Origin: an uncultured Candidatus Saccharibacteria bacterium | GTDB taxonomy: Bacteria; Patescibacteriota; Minisyncoccia; Phycocordibacterales; UBA12088 | DNA: 64,000 nucleotides | Reading direction: 5' to 3' | Assembly: GCA_964411375.1 (NCBI GenBank) | Contig: CAYPKR010000001.1 | Span: 358,629-422,628 of the forward strand | In this document: piece by piece, positions 44,248 through 53,490 of the stretch | Layout of the letters: each line of letters opens with the position of its first letter | Numbering within the stretch: the first letter of the stretch is position 1 | Translations under genes and position numbers: made by a program | The notes under the pieces: model-generated | Database searches by the model: none | What the model saw: only the letters and a program-made list of their open reading frames with translations | What the model was told of the DNA's origin: nothing

Positions 44248-45306
44248 ATGAAAAATGCTGACCGAAGTGAACATCAGACCCTTTACCGTAAATACCGTCC
44301 AGAAGACTTCGAGGAAGTATTAGGACAGGAACACATCACCAGCGTACTCAAGGGTGAAATTGAAAAAGGTACGGTCGCTCACGCATATCTCTTTGCGGGT
44401 CCGAGGGGAACCGGAAAAACCTCAACCGCACGCATTCTTGCCCGCGCGATTGGTACGACCGACAACGATCTTTACGAAATCGATGCGGCTTCAAACCGCA
44501 AGATTGATGAAATGCGCGCTCTTCGCGAAGCAGTTCTCGCACTTCCATTTGAATCACCAAAAAAAGTCTACATTCTCGACGAAGTGCACATGCTGACCAA
44601 CGAGGCGTTTAATGCATTTCTTAAAACGCTCGAAGAGCCGCCAGCTCATGTTGTCTTTATTCTTGCAACAACCGATTTCGACAAAGTGCCGGAAACGATC
44701 ATCTCTCGGTGCGAAACATTTACATTCCGTAAACCATGGCAGAAAATTCTCTCGGAACTCATTTTGAAAACGGCAAAGAAAGAAGGCGTATCGCTTGACT
44801 CCGCCTCTGCCGATCTTATCGCGCTTCTCTCCGAAGGATCGTTTCGTGATGCGCATGGCATTCTCCAAAAAATTCTTTCTTCGACTTCAGACAAAAAAGT
44901 GACGATCGATGAAGTTGAAATTGTTACTGGAAGCCCGAAGGGAAGCTTGGTCAATCAGGTCATTCAAGGAATAGCAGAAGGCGCGGCTGAAAAAAGTCTG
45001 GACGCGCTTCGAAGCGCGTCTGCAAGCAATATCGACATGAAATTGTTTTTGCGGCTTGTGCTTGAAAAATGCCGCGCAATTCTTCTTTTCCGTTTTGCGC
45101 CGTCTCATAAGAAATCGCTTGAAGAAAAATATACCGCTGAAGATGTTGCGTTTCTTCAGTCGATTGCCGGAGAAAAACAGTCAAAACTCAATTCAAACGC
45201 ACTTCGCGAACTATTGCTCGCCTACAACGAACTCTCATATTCCGCGCTTCCCGAAATTCCTATCGAATTAGCACTCATGAAAATCAGCAATGCCGAAGGA
45301 AACTAA
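44248..45306 (+). CDS. dnaX: DNA polymerase III subunit gamma/tau (short form lacking zinc module)
   Basis: YRKYRPEDFEEVLGQEHI, GPRGTGKTSTARILA, ILDEVHML and SRC sensor, 352 aa. Confidence 0.75.
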   Translation: MKNADRSEHQTLYRKYRPEDFEEVLGQEHITSVLKGEIEKGTVAHAYLFAGPRGTGKTSTARILARAIGTTDNDLYEIDAASNRKIDEMRALREAVLALPFESPKKVYILDEVHMLTNEAFNAFLKTLEEPPAHVVFILATTDFDKVPETIISRCETFTFRKPWQKILSELILKTAKKEGVSLDSASADLIALLSEGSFRDAHGILQKILSSTSDKKVTIDEVEIVTGSPKGSLVNQVIQGIAEGAAEKSLDALRSASASNIDMKLFLRLVLEKCRAILLFRFAPSHKKSLEEKYTAEDVAFLQSIAGEKQSKLNSNALRELLLAYNELSYSALPEIPIELALMKISNAEGN

Positions 45307-45928
45307 AACAATATGGCTCGTGCGGCACGGGCTTACCGTTTCAAATATTTCAAACACGATCCAGGGACTTGATGATCCGCTCACTGAAGAGGGAATCAAG
45401 CAGGCAAAAAAGCTGGGCGAGCGATTCATAAAAATCGATTTCGATTTGCTTCTTGCGAGCGACGCCATCCGCGCAATTGGGACTGCAGAGCAGATTGCAA
45501 AGTTCAGCAATCACAATATCCAATCAAGCCCGCTCTTCAGAGAGCTGTCTGATCCGACAGAACTCATTGGGCAAATGAGGACAGAACCAGATGCGGTCGT
45601 GTATCTGGAAGCGCAAAGAGAAAATAACGAAGATCCGGATTGGAAGTATCGCGATGAAGAAAGCTACGCTGACCTTTTTGCTCGCGCGGAAGCCGCATTT
45701 ATGCACATCCTTTCCCACGAAGAGGAGCGAATTGTAGTGGTCACGCACGGACGGTTTCTAAAATTTCTCACCGCATACGCGATGTTTGGCGACACGCTGA
45801 CTCCGAATATTTGGAATTCCATGAATGGATCGATGCGAACCGTGAATACCGGAATTACGCTTCTGAAATGGAATGGGGAGAAGTGGCATCTTCTTGCGTG
45901 GAATGATCATGCGCATTTAGGGGAATAG
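45290..45928 (+). CDS. histidine phosphatase (phosphoglycerate-mutase-like) family protein
   Basis: IWLVRHGLTVSN (the RHG motif) and a C-terminal VVTHGRF second His. It overlaps dnaX by 17 nt. Confidence 0.65.
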   Translation: MPKETKTIWLVRHGLTVSNISNTIQGLDDPLTEEGIKQAKKLGERFIKIDFDLLLASDAIRAIGTAEQIAKFSNHNIQSSPLFRELSDPTELIGQMRTEPDAVVYLEAQRENNEDPDWKYRDEESYADLFARAEAAFMHILSHEEERIVVVTHGRFLKFLTAYAMFGDTLTPNIWNSMNGSMRTVNTGITLLKWNGEKWHLLAWNDHAHLGE

Positions 45929-45936
45929 CAAACGCC

Positions 45937-45962
45937 GGTTTTTCCCTTCGGAAAAACCGGCG
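45937..45962. terminator. bidirectional hairpin terminator
   Basis: GCCGGTTTTTCC-CTTC-GGAAAAACCGGC between convergent genes. Confidence 0.55.
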
Positions 45963-45982
45963 CCACTTCTTTCTTATTGCTA

Positions 45983-46216
45983 TCACTCATCTCGCAACCG
46001 ATCCTCTAATTCGTTCTGACGCGCAATCGTTTCGCGGCAGCCGTTAATTTGACCGGTCAGTATTGCAACTTGGTCTTCGAGTGCTTGCTTTTCCCTCGGC
46101 AGGTCGGGCACGACTATTATCAGCGCGAAAACTGCTCCAACGATACCAGATATAACAGCAACGACCATTGTAGCTATAACAGAAATTAGACACCTTTTTA
46201 GACGTCTCATCTCCAA
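45983..46216 (-). CDS. small TM + coiled-coil protein, hypothetical
   Basis: 77 aa. Confidence 0.3.
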   Translation of the reverse strand: MEMRRLKRCLISVIATMVVAVISGIVGAVFALIIVVPDLPREKQALEDQVAILTGQINGCRETIARQNELEDRLRDE

Positions 46217-46305
46217 TACCTCGTCATGCTAGTTCAACTTCGCCTACCTTAGAATATGAGGATGCCGAAGTCAATTCTATTGACTCCTTGGCGGATGGGT
46301 ATTAA

Positions 46306-46575
46306 ATGAACTCAGCGCAATTCGAGTCAGGGAGAAACACTTCGATGACACGGGGTTCCGGTCTTCAGCACTTTATGGGACGGTATCAATGTTTGATGCC
46401 ACGTTGGTCTTGTCGTGCGGAGCAGCCTTCGAAGCCGTCAGAACCAGAGCCGCCAACCTATGGCGATGACGTTCATCTGATCGCGGTTATCCAAGAACTC
46501 GAAGCTGCACGCCTTCCTAGGCGTGTCGAGCAACCAGACGAACCTTCGCCTGCCGATCAAATGCCGGCGTATTGA
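46306..46575 (+). CDS. hypothetical protein
   Basis: 89 aa followed by the terminator GAAAGCGGAGAGCAC-ATAC-GTGCTCTCCGCTTC. Confidence 0.25.
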   Translation: MNSAQFESGRNTSMTRGSGLQHFMGRYQCLMPRWSCRAEQPSKPSEPEPPTYGDDVHLIAVIQELEAARLPRRVEQPDEPSPADQMPAY

Positions 46576-46639
46576 AATACCGAAAGCGGAGAGCACATAC
46601 GTGCTCTCCGCTTCGAACTTTTTAATACAGTGGCTTTAA

Positions 46640-47212
46640 CTATATTTGCGCGCCGTCGCCAACATTCATCTGCGCTTTGTAGCGTTCAATGACTTCAGGA
46701 TGTTTGCCTTCTTTGCATTCCGCGACAAATTTGTCCGCACTTGCTCCGTCAGGGAATGTCATGTATGCAAGTGCACCTCGGCATACCGCATTGATATCAA
46801 TTTTCATACTCGCGGTTGAAGTCGCCGTGGTTGTTGCAGGACTCGTAACCGTGAAGATTCCTTTCATGTTGTATCTCTGCCATTGATCGGAATTAAGCGC
46901 TTCTTTTGGTACAAAGAAACCGCTGATCGTCACATGTTGGCCGCTTTGAAATGCGTTCATCGCATCTGCCGATTGCCCAAAATTGACTGCGTAATGGTCG
47001 CCTTGGTCGCTTTTAATTCCGAATGCGCATTCCATCGTTTGTGGACCATCAGGATTTGCGTGCGGCAAACATTCATAGGTTCCCGAGATTGTCATGGGTT
47101 GCGGAGTTGAATCGATCGGAGCAGCATCGTGCTCTTTCATTCCTCCAAATGCTAAAAGTGCGCCGATAAGCACCACCAGCACGCCAAGCGCGATTACTAT
47201 TTTTGTTTGCAT
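46640..47212 (-). CDS. membrane-anchored/secreted hypothetical protein
   Basis: 190 aa with an N-terminal hydrophobic anchor. Confidence 0.4.
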   Translation of the reverse strand: MQTKIVIALGVLVVLIGALLAFGGMKEHDAAPIDSTPQPMTISGTYECLPHANPDGPQTMECAFGIKSDQGDHYAVNFGQSADAMNAFQSGQHVTISGFFVPKEALNSDQWQRYNMKGIFTVTSPATTTATSTASMKIDINAVCRGALAYMTFPDGASADKFVAECKEGKHPEVIERYKAQMNVGDGAQI

Positions 47213-47358
47213 ACGCTAAGTATAACGAAGTACTAATAGATTTCTATATCATTGAAGACATTTCATGAAGGCAAAACTTACAGTTTCGAAGAAATCTAGA
47301 TTCATATAAAAGTGAGAAGCGGCCACCTTCGAGAGGTTGGCCGCTTGTCGACAGAAGA

Positions 47359-47715
47359 TCAGGGCTCTGTCAGGAAATGGTGTTTGTAAAGTGGGTGTCT
47401 GGTCACGCGAGTGGCCGCTGCGTCCACCCATTCCTGGCTATCGCAGCGAAGAATGACTGAACCGCAATTGTCCACCCCTCCACGTTCCAGCTCTATTTCT
47501 GTCTCCACGCAGGGAGACCATTGCGCCAAATCCTTTATTAACGCGCCTCGGATACCCTGCGCAGTGGCACGAAAGTATAGTCTGGCTTCTGGCATGGTGA
47601 CATCCCAAAAAGTTGCACTGTCGGCACAGTACAAGTACACATGTGAAATGTCAATTTCTACCCAACAAGAATTGCCACTAGTTGCGACACTCCGTCTACG
47701 GCAAGTTCTGCCCAA
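47359..47715 (-). CDS. hypothetical protein
   Basis: 118 aa (or fewer if the start is MPEARL). A terminator-like hairpin lies at 47318-47350. Confidence 0.3.
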   Translation of the reverse strand: MGRTCRRRSVATSGNSCWVEIDISHVYLYCADSATFWDVTMPEARLYFRATAQGIRGALIKDLAQWSPCVETEIELERGGVDNCGSVILRCDSQEWVDAAATRVTRHPLYKHHFLTEP

Positions 47716-47984
47716 ATAAGGACGAGCGCAAAGATAATTCCAATACAGGCAATCACTCGATGAAGCGGACTCTGTATTTTTCGTATTGCAAAATCAATCG
47801 AAAGACCAGTCACAAAAAGGAGTGCTCCCATAATCACAAAATCCATAGCGCCCCAATCAAAACCGCCGCCTACTCCGCCGTTAACGGTTGCGTTTGGATT
47901 CATAAGAGTTGCTACGAAGGGGACAAGGAGCAGCAGTCCGGTAATAGCCGCAACACGAACAATATTTCTCGTTGAAGTAATCAT
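47658..47984 (-). CDS. small membrane protein, hypothetical
   Basis: 108 aa with 3 TM helices. Confidence 0.35.
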   Translation of the reverse strand: MITSTRNIVRVAAITGLLLLVPFVATLMNPNATVNGGVGGGFDWGAMDFVIMGALLFVTGLSIDFAIRKIQSPLHRVIACIGIIFALVLIWAELAVDGVSQLVAILVG

Positions 47985-48032
47985 ATTCCTCTAGAACGTG
48001 TAGCGGGGGAAAAAGGTTACCAAGGCTTCAAT

Positions 48033-48563
48033 CTACCTTGATTCTCCTTCGAAATTTGGTTCGACAATCGCCCACTGCATGCGTTCAGTATCGAGTTTTA
48101 GATACACGCTTTTGCCGACCGTTGGCGCTGCAGCCATGGGATCGGTTGGTTTTCGATCCGCATAATTTACAACGATGACATTTTTCTGTTTTGGATTTTG
48201 ACTCTCTTCAATTGTCTGCGGCGCTATCCGATCGCCGAGCAAATACCCATCCGTGCCGCTATATCCGTTTGTTGCATCTTGAATTGCGCCGACCACATAA
48301 AAAAATGTGCCGCTTCCGCTCAAACTTTGCGTAACGATAAACGCGAGATCGGGAATTCCGTCGCCATTCAAATCGGTCTTCAGTTCATTTCCAAAATACT
48401 GTGTCGTCGTGCCGTCTATCGTTGTCGGCTTTCCATCAATAAAATACGTAGCGGCTTTATAGTTAGTTGGTGCTTGCTTCTGATGATAGATATAGGAATT
48501 CAATACAAAAAATCCGCCCACTAAAACGACCACGATTCCAAGTACCCCAAGTGTCCATTTCAT
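48033..48563 (-). CDS. membrane-anchored hypothetical protein
   Basis: 176 aa with an N-terminal TM helix. Confidence 0.4.
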   Translation of the reverse strand: MKWTLGVLGIVVVLVGGFFVLNSYIYHQKQAPTNYKAATYFIDGKPTTIDGTTTQYFGNELKTDLNGDGIPDLAFIVTQSLSGSGTFFYVVGAIQDATNGYSGTDGYLLGDRIAPQTIEESQNPKQKNVIVVNYADRKPTDPMAAAPTVGKSVYLKLDTERMQWAIVEPNFEGESR

Positions 48564-48596
48564 ATCATTAGTATATCTCTATTTGGCTTTCTTTTG

Positions 48597-48665
48597 CTGC
48601 GGGACTAGGGGTCGAACCTAGATTAAAGGCTTCAAAGGCCTCTGTCCTGCCATTAGACGATCCCG
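48597..48665 (-). tRNA. tRNA-Gln (anticodon TTG)
   Basis: The reverse complement folds with acceptor GCGGGAT/GTCCCGC (a U-G pair), anticodon stem GAGGC/GCCTT with loop CTTTGAA, T-loop TTCGACC and discriminator A. The D-arm is short, so tRNAscan should confirm. Confidence 0.65.
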
Positions 48666-48764
48666 CAATAGTAGAGTAAAAGTAGCAAATTCAAGAGTTA
48701 ATTGCTACTTAATGCGAGTATGCATACCTTTCTTTCGTGAGGTTTTTATGCGATAACATGGACG

Positions 48765-49148
48765 ATGGCAACAGGACCAGACCTTAAGGCTATAGCCCAA
48801 TCGCGTCTCAATACGGCTAAGATGTTGATGGAGACTGAAGATTGGCATGGCGCTAGTTATATGCTTCCTCATGCTCTTGAATGCGCATTAAAAGCAGCAA
48901 TCTGTAAGACTCTTCACTTAGGAGTATACCCAGACAACGAGAAGAGCACCGCTATAAGAACTTTTTTTGCCACCCACTATTTTGTCCAGCTCCTTGTTGC
49001 GTCAGGTTTACAAGATATCATTAGTCCAACGGGGGCAAAGAAGGTAGACCAGAACTGGGCTGACTTCACTCTCGTGTTTGCAGGAAACTGGCCTGAAATG
49101 GAAGATACGAAGAAAAATATGAACGAGATCTTAGTTTTGCGGAATTGA
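48765..49148 (+). CDS. HEPN-domain protein
   Basis: The N-terminal pattern A..DL..A..MLMETEDWHGASYMLPHALECALKAAICK matches the HEPN helix-1/2 consensus (...QAvEKaLKA...), and R-x5-H (RTFFATH) is present. Confidence 0.55.
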   Translation: MATGPDLKAIAQSRLNTAKMLMETEDWHGASYMLPHALECALKAAICKTLHLGVYPDNEKSTAIRTFFATHYFVQLLVASGLQDIISPTGAKKVDQNWADFTLVFAGNWPEMEDTKKNMNEILVLRN

Positions 49149-49567
49149 AACAACTCGAAAGTCTCCGTGCCATGGATCCGCTTCACTTTGAAAAATATAT
49201 AGTGGATATGTTCAGAAAGAAAGGATATGAAGGAAAAGAAGGTGCTGGACGAGGTGATCACGGGATTGATGGCGAAATATGGAGTGGACACGCGATATTC
49301 GCCCTTCAGATGAAAAGATATCAGATAGGACACAATGTGGGAGAAAGAGAGATACGAGATTTTCATGGCAGTATTTCAAAGCTCCATAAATATTTAGGTG
49401 GAAAGTTTATAACCACCAGTGATTTCACTCCGGCTGCACGAAAGTGGGCAGAGGATACACCAATGATTGAATTATGGAATGGTGAAAAACTACTCGAAGA
49501 GTTAGGAAAAGTGGAAGCTCCTGTTCATATCGCTGACCGAGCTTTTGGATCGAAAAGAAATATCTAA
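49145..49567 (+). CDS. Mrr-cat / restriction-endonuclease-fold (PD-(D/E)xK) protein
   Basis: FEKYIVDMFRKKGY...GDHGIDGEIW...ALQMKRY gives D...D...Q-x-K, as in Mrr_cat (PF04471). There is a 4-nt ATGA overlap with the HEPN gene. Confidence 0.6.
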   Translation: MKQLESLRAMDPLHFEKYIVDMFRKKGYEGKEGAGRGDHGIDGEIWSGHAIFALQMKRYQIGHNVGEREIRDFHGSISKLHKYLGGKFITTSDFTPAARKWAEDTPMIELWNGEKLLEELGKVEAPVHIADRAFGSKRNI

Positions 49568-49577
49568 ACTAATTTTT

Positions 49578-50468
49578 CTACAAACTCTCCAATCTAAAAT
49601 TATCGAACTTCACATCCATGAAGTCGGTGCGCACTCCGGCATAGCCCGTCTGCGTTATTGGCGGCGTGCCGCCAATAACTTTGCCATCATCTTTTGCGGA
49701 AAGTAAAAGCATCCACGCGGTTTCATTTGCACGCATCATATAGAGCGCTATGCCGACAGAAGACCCGTCGGGAGTCGTCGTCGTTTCGCTTCTGAGGCGA
49801 ATCCATTCGTTGTGAGGAATTAAATTAACGTTTGGTTGATTGCCCGCGTATGTTCCGGGGAAAATCTGCTTCTGCGCCATCGTGAAATACGTGCCGTTAT
49901 ATTTTTTCTTGATGACTGCCGTACCGTCGACGCGAATTCCTGCGTAGTAGAGCGTTTGTCCACCGATTTGGTAGCGGCTCATGAGCAAGAGTCCGTTGGA
50001 TGCATTTCGGCTGGGGCTCGAAGAAAAATTGTCCGCCGCGATGTAAAAACTCGTGTCTGCGCGCACATTATTCCACTCTTGCCGAGTGACCAGGCGGAAA
50101 ATATTTTGCGGATGAAATCCGTTGTCAGTATCGATCGGATTTGCTGACGCATACGCAATACGCCACGGATCAAGAGCCGGAAGCGAACCTTGGATCGTTT
50201 CACCCGCGCCATTTTCGATAATCATTTTTCCGCCAGAGTTTACAAACCAATACGGACTCCAACTTTCATTGATCGATCCAGCTTCGTTCACCACGCCGTT
50301 TGAGTTGAATGAGTAGACGAATGGGGAAGTGACGAGCGCCGCTGCGGCACCTATAGATAGTGGAGGAATTATTCCAGAAAGTTTTGCGGTCTCAATACCA
50401 AGAGTACTTGCGAGCATCACTCCTACCACAACGATAGCGATTCTACTTCGTGTAGTCAGCGTGTCCAT
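49578..50468 (-). CDS. exported hypothetical protein (beta-rich; first gene downstream in the EPS operon)
   Basis: 296 aa with an N-terminal signal/anchor. Confidence 0.4.
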   Translation of the reverse strand: MDTLTTRSRIAIVVVGVMLASTLGIETAKLSGIIPPLSIGAAAALVTSPFVYSFNSNGVVNEAGSINESWSPYWFVNSGGKMIIENGAGETIQGSLPALDPWRIAYASANPIDTDNGFHPQNIFRLVTRQEWNNVRADTSFYIAADNFSSSPSRNASNGLLLMSRYQIGGQTLYYAGIRVDGTAVIKKKYNGTYFTMAQKQIFPGTYAGNQPNVNLIPHNEWIRLRSETTTTPDGSSVGIALYMMRANETAWMLLLSAKDDGKVIGGTPPITQTGYAGVRTDFMDVKFDNFRLESL

Positions 50469-50491
50469 CTTGCTACTTAGTATAGTTCATC

Positions 50492-52117
50492 TCATAGTGC
50501 GTGTGCAGTTACTTTTTCTACATCAAGCGATGCGGCGTTTGGTTCGGCGCTCCAGATTTGAATTCCTAAGCTTCCGCTATGCACGTATGAAGGCTTCACC
50601 GCGCTCGATACGGTTTTTCCATACGCGCTGCATGATGCTCTGTTACCATCGACTTTCATCGATGCTTCGAATGTGCCGGTCGTAGTCGGATAGTTGTACG
50701 GTGTCGCTTCAATTGTTTGTTGTTCTTTGTTGATATGCGCGACGAGCGAGATGGTCGATGTTGAAAATGCGCATGAGAGGAATGACTTTGAGTCAGTCTG
50801 GTAGCGGGAAATAAGCGAGAGGTGACTTCCGCTATTCCACTTTGCAGAAATAGTCATTTCGTAGTCATGCCAGAGACGTGAGCCATTCAGAAGTCCTGCT
50901 GCACCCGTCGTATCCGGAGTCGAGCGGAGATGCAGTGTATTATCGCTTCTGGTGACTTTGCCCCAGTTACTGCTCCAATCGGTCGTGAAGGTATCGCTCG
51001 TGTAGGGAAGCGGGCGAGGCGCAGAATCATTCAGCATATTGCGGAGATCATCACCACTCCACGATGCGACTGGTTCGATACGCTTCACCATGTACGCATT
51101 TGGATCAGCGTAGTTGAACGGGTCGTCGCGGCTCGGGTCGATCTGATAGAAGGCGTACATAAACTGCGCTTTCACCACGTTTGAGAGAATATCTTTTGCA
51201 TCCGCAAAGTTCACCGTGTCTTGTCCGTAATCGTTAAAGGGAAACGCGAATGCGGTGACTTTTTTTCCAAATGCATTTTCGAGTTTTTGTTTGGAGAATA
51301 TAAGGTCGTCAGTGACGCGCTTGGTGTATTCGTTGTTTGTTTCAAGGCGTTTGTCGCCCGTTCGCCAAAATTTGTTACTTAAGAATCGATTTTGCGGCAG
51401 AACATCGAGATTGTCTCCGGTTGATGACGCGGTTGGCACATCGTAGAGGCGGTGATCTTCATCGCCGTGCGATTCAAGCTCCCATCTGCCGCTGTCTGCC
51501 ATGAATGCGAGTTCTGATTTCGAGAGATAAAAGTTTGACGTCTTTTTTACATCATCTGGAAGGGAGAAGCCGGTGATGACGAACATGACTGCATTGAAGC
51601 CGAGATCTTTGAGAACCGGGTCGACTGGATAAAAACTTTCTTTGCGTCCATCGTCGAATGTGAGGAGGAATGATTTTGGCGGCAATGTTATTTTCCCTTG
51701 CATAAACTGCTCAAACTGATCGAGCGTGATCGTATGCCAGCCGTCGTCATGGAGCGCACGCATTTGTTCGACGAAAATATTTTGTGGAAGTGGAGGATTA
51801 TCGTTTCCTTCTGGTGGTGTGCCGTGATAGAGGAGAACAGGAACTCCGCCCGAACCATCGCTCGAACTTTGTGAAAACCACACCGCAGCCGCCTGATTCC
51901 CCCACGGAAGGCGATAAAATGCGGTGTAGAAGGTGTTTCCGGTAATGCGGGAAATCAATTCTCCGGTTCCGTTCACAAAATTGTAGGCGCCGTTATATAC
52001 GAGGAAGCCCATGACTGCGCCAAGCAGAATGATGATGAAGGAAGACATCAGCGCTACTTTTTTGAAGGAAAATTCGAAAAACATTTTTTGAAGATTATCT
52101 ATTATCTCGTTCCCCAA
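50492..52117 (-). CDS. polysaccharide deacetylase (NodB-domain; PgaB/IcaB-like) with C-terminal beta-rich domain
   Basis: Motif FLLTFDDGRKESFY (TFDDG) and His motifs. An N-terminal TM helix is present. Confidence 0.65.
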   Translation of the reverse strand: MGNEIIDNLQKMFFEFSFKKVALMSSFIIILLGAVMGFLVYNGAYNFVNGTGELISRITGNTFYTAFYRLPWGNQAAAVWFSQSSSDGSGGVPVLLYHGTPPEGNDNPPLPQNIFVEQMRALHDDGWHTITLDQFEQFMQGKITLPPKSFLLTFDDGRKESFYPVDPVLKDLGFNAVMFVITGFSLPDDVKKTSNFYLSKSELAFMADSGRWELESHGDEDHRLYDVPTASSTGDNLDVLPQNRFLSNKFWRTGDKRLETNNEYTKRVTDDLIFSKQKLENAFGKKVTAFAFPFNDYGQDTVNFADAKDILSNVVKAQFMYAFYQIDPSRDDPFNYADPNAYMVKRIEPVASWSGDDLRNMLNDSAPRPLPYTSDTFTTDWSSNWGKVTRSDNTLHLRSTPDTTGAAGLLNGSRLWHDYEMTISAKWNSGSHLSLISRYQTDSKSFLSCAFSTSTISLVAHINKEQQTIEATPYNYPTTTGTFEASMKVDGNRASCSAYGKTVSSAVKPSYVHSGSLGIQIWSAEPNAASLDVEKVTAHAL

Positions 52118-53490
52118 CGGGTGTCAGCGATTGTGACCAAGGCCCACGGCAACTGCCACATGAGAATCACACTGTAAAACCAGAACGATAGGACTGCGCG
52201 AAGCCATGGTCGTCTACCAACCTGCGCGCGGTAATAGATGCCGTGGAGGAGAAGCATAAGGAGGAGACCGACCAGGTAGACAACCGGAACGATGTGATAC
52301 ACGACTGGATTCCAAACAACGGCGTGCAGGAAGACGAATGGACCAGCGAATGCGAGAAACACATACATATAGAAGAAGACTGCCGCAAACGGATGCTTCT
52401 TCCAGAGGAATGAGGACGCGATAAAGGTTTCGCGAATCCACGATTTCTTCCAGCGTTGTTGTTGCTTCACATACTTTGAGAACGAACTTGGTACCACCGT
52501 ATGTGCTTTTGCTTCGGGAGAGTACGCGGTCATATATTTGCGAAGCATGTAATTGGTGAGTGAGCGATCGTCGCCGAAGGTGCATTCGGTTCCGAAGAAT
52601 GTTTGATGTAGCCAGTCGTCGATGAACTCGTCGAGATATTCTTTTCGATACGCACTACAACAGCCGGGACAGCAGGTTACGATTCCGAATACTGATTCCG
52701 CCGCTTTGTACACTTTGAATGCGATGTAGTAGCGAAGCGCCTGCATTTGGGTCAACACATTTTCGTCTGCATTGTAGACGTCCGTGTGTCCCGAAACTGC
52801 TCCGACTCTTCTATCGGCAAAATATTTTACGAGATGACGTACGCCGTCTGGTGAGATGAAGCTGTCAGAGTCGATGAAAATAATGATTTCATTTTTGGCG
52901 CGCTTTACTCCTTCCGCCATTCCGGCGCGCTTGCCGCGATTGACCTTCCAGTCGACGACTTCGACGCGCGCGACACTGCCTGATATATCTTTTGCTGCGC
53001 GTTCCATTTCTCCAAACGTGCCGTCGGTTGAGCCGTCATTGATCGCGATAACCTCGATTTTTTCGGATGGATATTCGACTTCCGCAAAGCGGAGCAAGGT
53101 TTCCCGAATATTGTCTTCTTCGTTTTTCGCGGGCACGACGAAGGTTATCGTCGGTTCGTAATCTGCTTTGAAATGAATGGTGCGATGGAAGAACGAGAGG
53201 AAAAAGCGTGAGAAGATATAACCGGTAATCGTAATACTGTAGATACGGAAGAAAAGGTCGTCGTTCAGGTAACTTCCGCTCGTCACCTTGACCAGAATGA
53301 TCGTGTAGATGATGCAGAAGAATGCAAACCACAGTCCGGCGTCTCCCCAGACAAACTGGATCTCCCTCTCTTTTTTCTGTCGGCGAGGATTGGTTAGCGT
53401 CGTTTGCATGATGGTGTGATTATCTGCCAATACCGCGATATGCGATGTCACTTTCGATAAATGATTCTTTGTCGAGACAATTGCGCCCAT
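52102..53490 (-). CDS. processive family-2 glycosyltransferase (PgaC/IcaA/cellulose-synthase-like)
   Basis: D, DxD (IDSDS), TED-like and QQRW (QQRWKKSW) motifs, flanked by TM helices. Confidence 0.7.
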   Translation of the reverse strand: MGAIVSTKNHLSKVTSHIAVLADNHTIMQTTLTNPRRQKKEREIQFVWGDAGLWFAFFCIIYTIILVKVTSGSYLNDDLFFRIYSITITGYIFSRFFLSFFHRTIHFKADYEPTITFVVPAKNEEDNIRETLLRFAEVEYPSEKIEVIAINDGSTDGTFGEMERAAKDISGSVARVEVVDWKVNRGKRAGMAEGVKRAKNEIIIFIDSDSFISPDGVRHLVKYFADRRVGAVSGHTDVYNADENVLTQMQALRYYIAFKVYKAAESVFGIVTCCPGCCSAYRKEYLDEFIDDWLHQTFFGTECTFGDDRSLTNYMLRKYMTAYSPEAKAHTVVPSSFSKYVKQQQRWKKSWIRETFIASSFLWKKHPFAAVFFYMYVFLAFAGPFVFLHAVVWNPVVYHIVPVVYLVGLLLMLLLHGIYYRAQVGRRPWLRAVLSFWFYSVILMWQLPWALVTIADTRWGTR

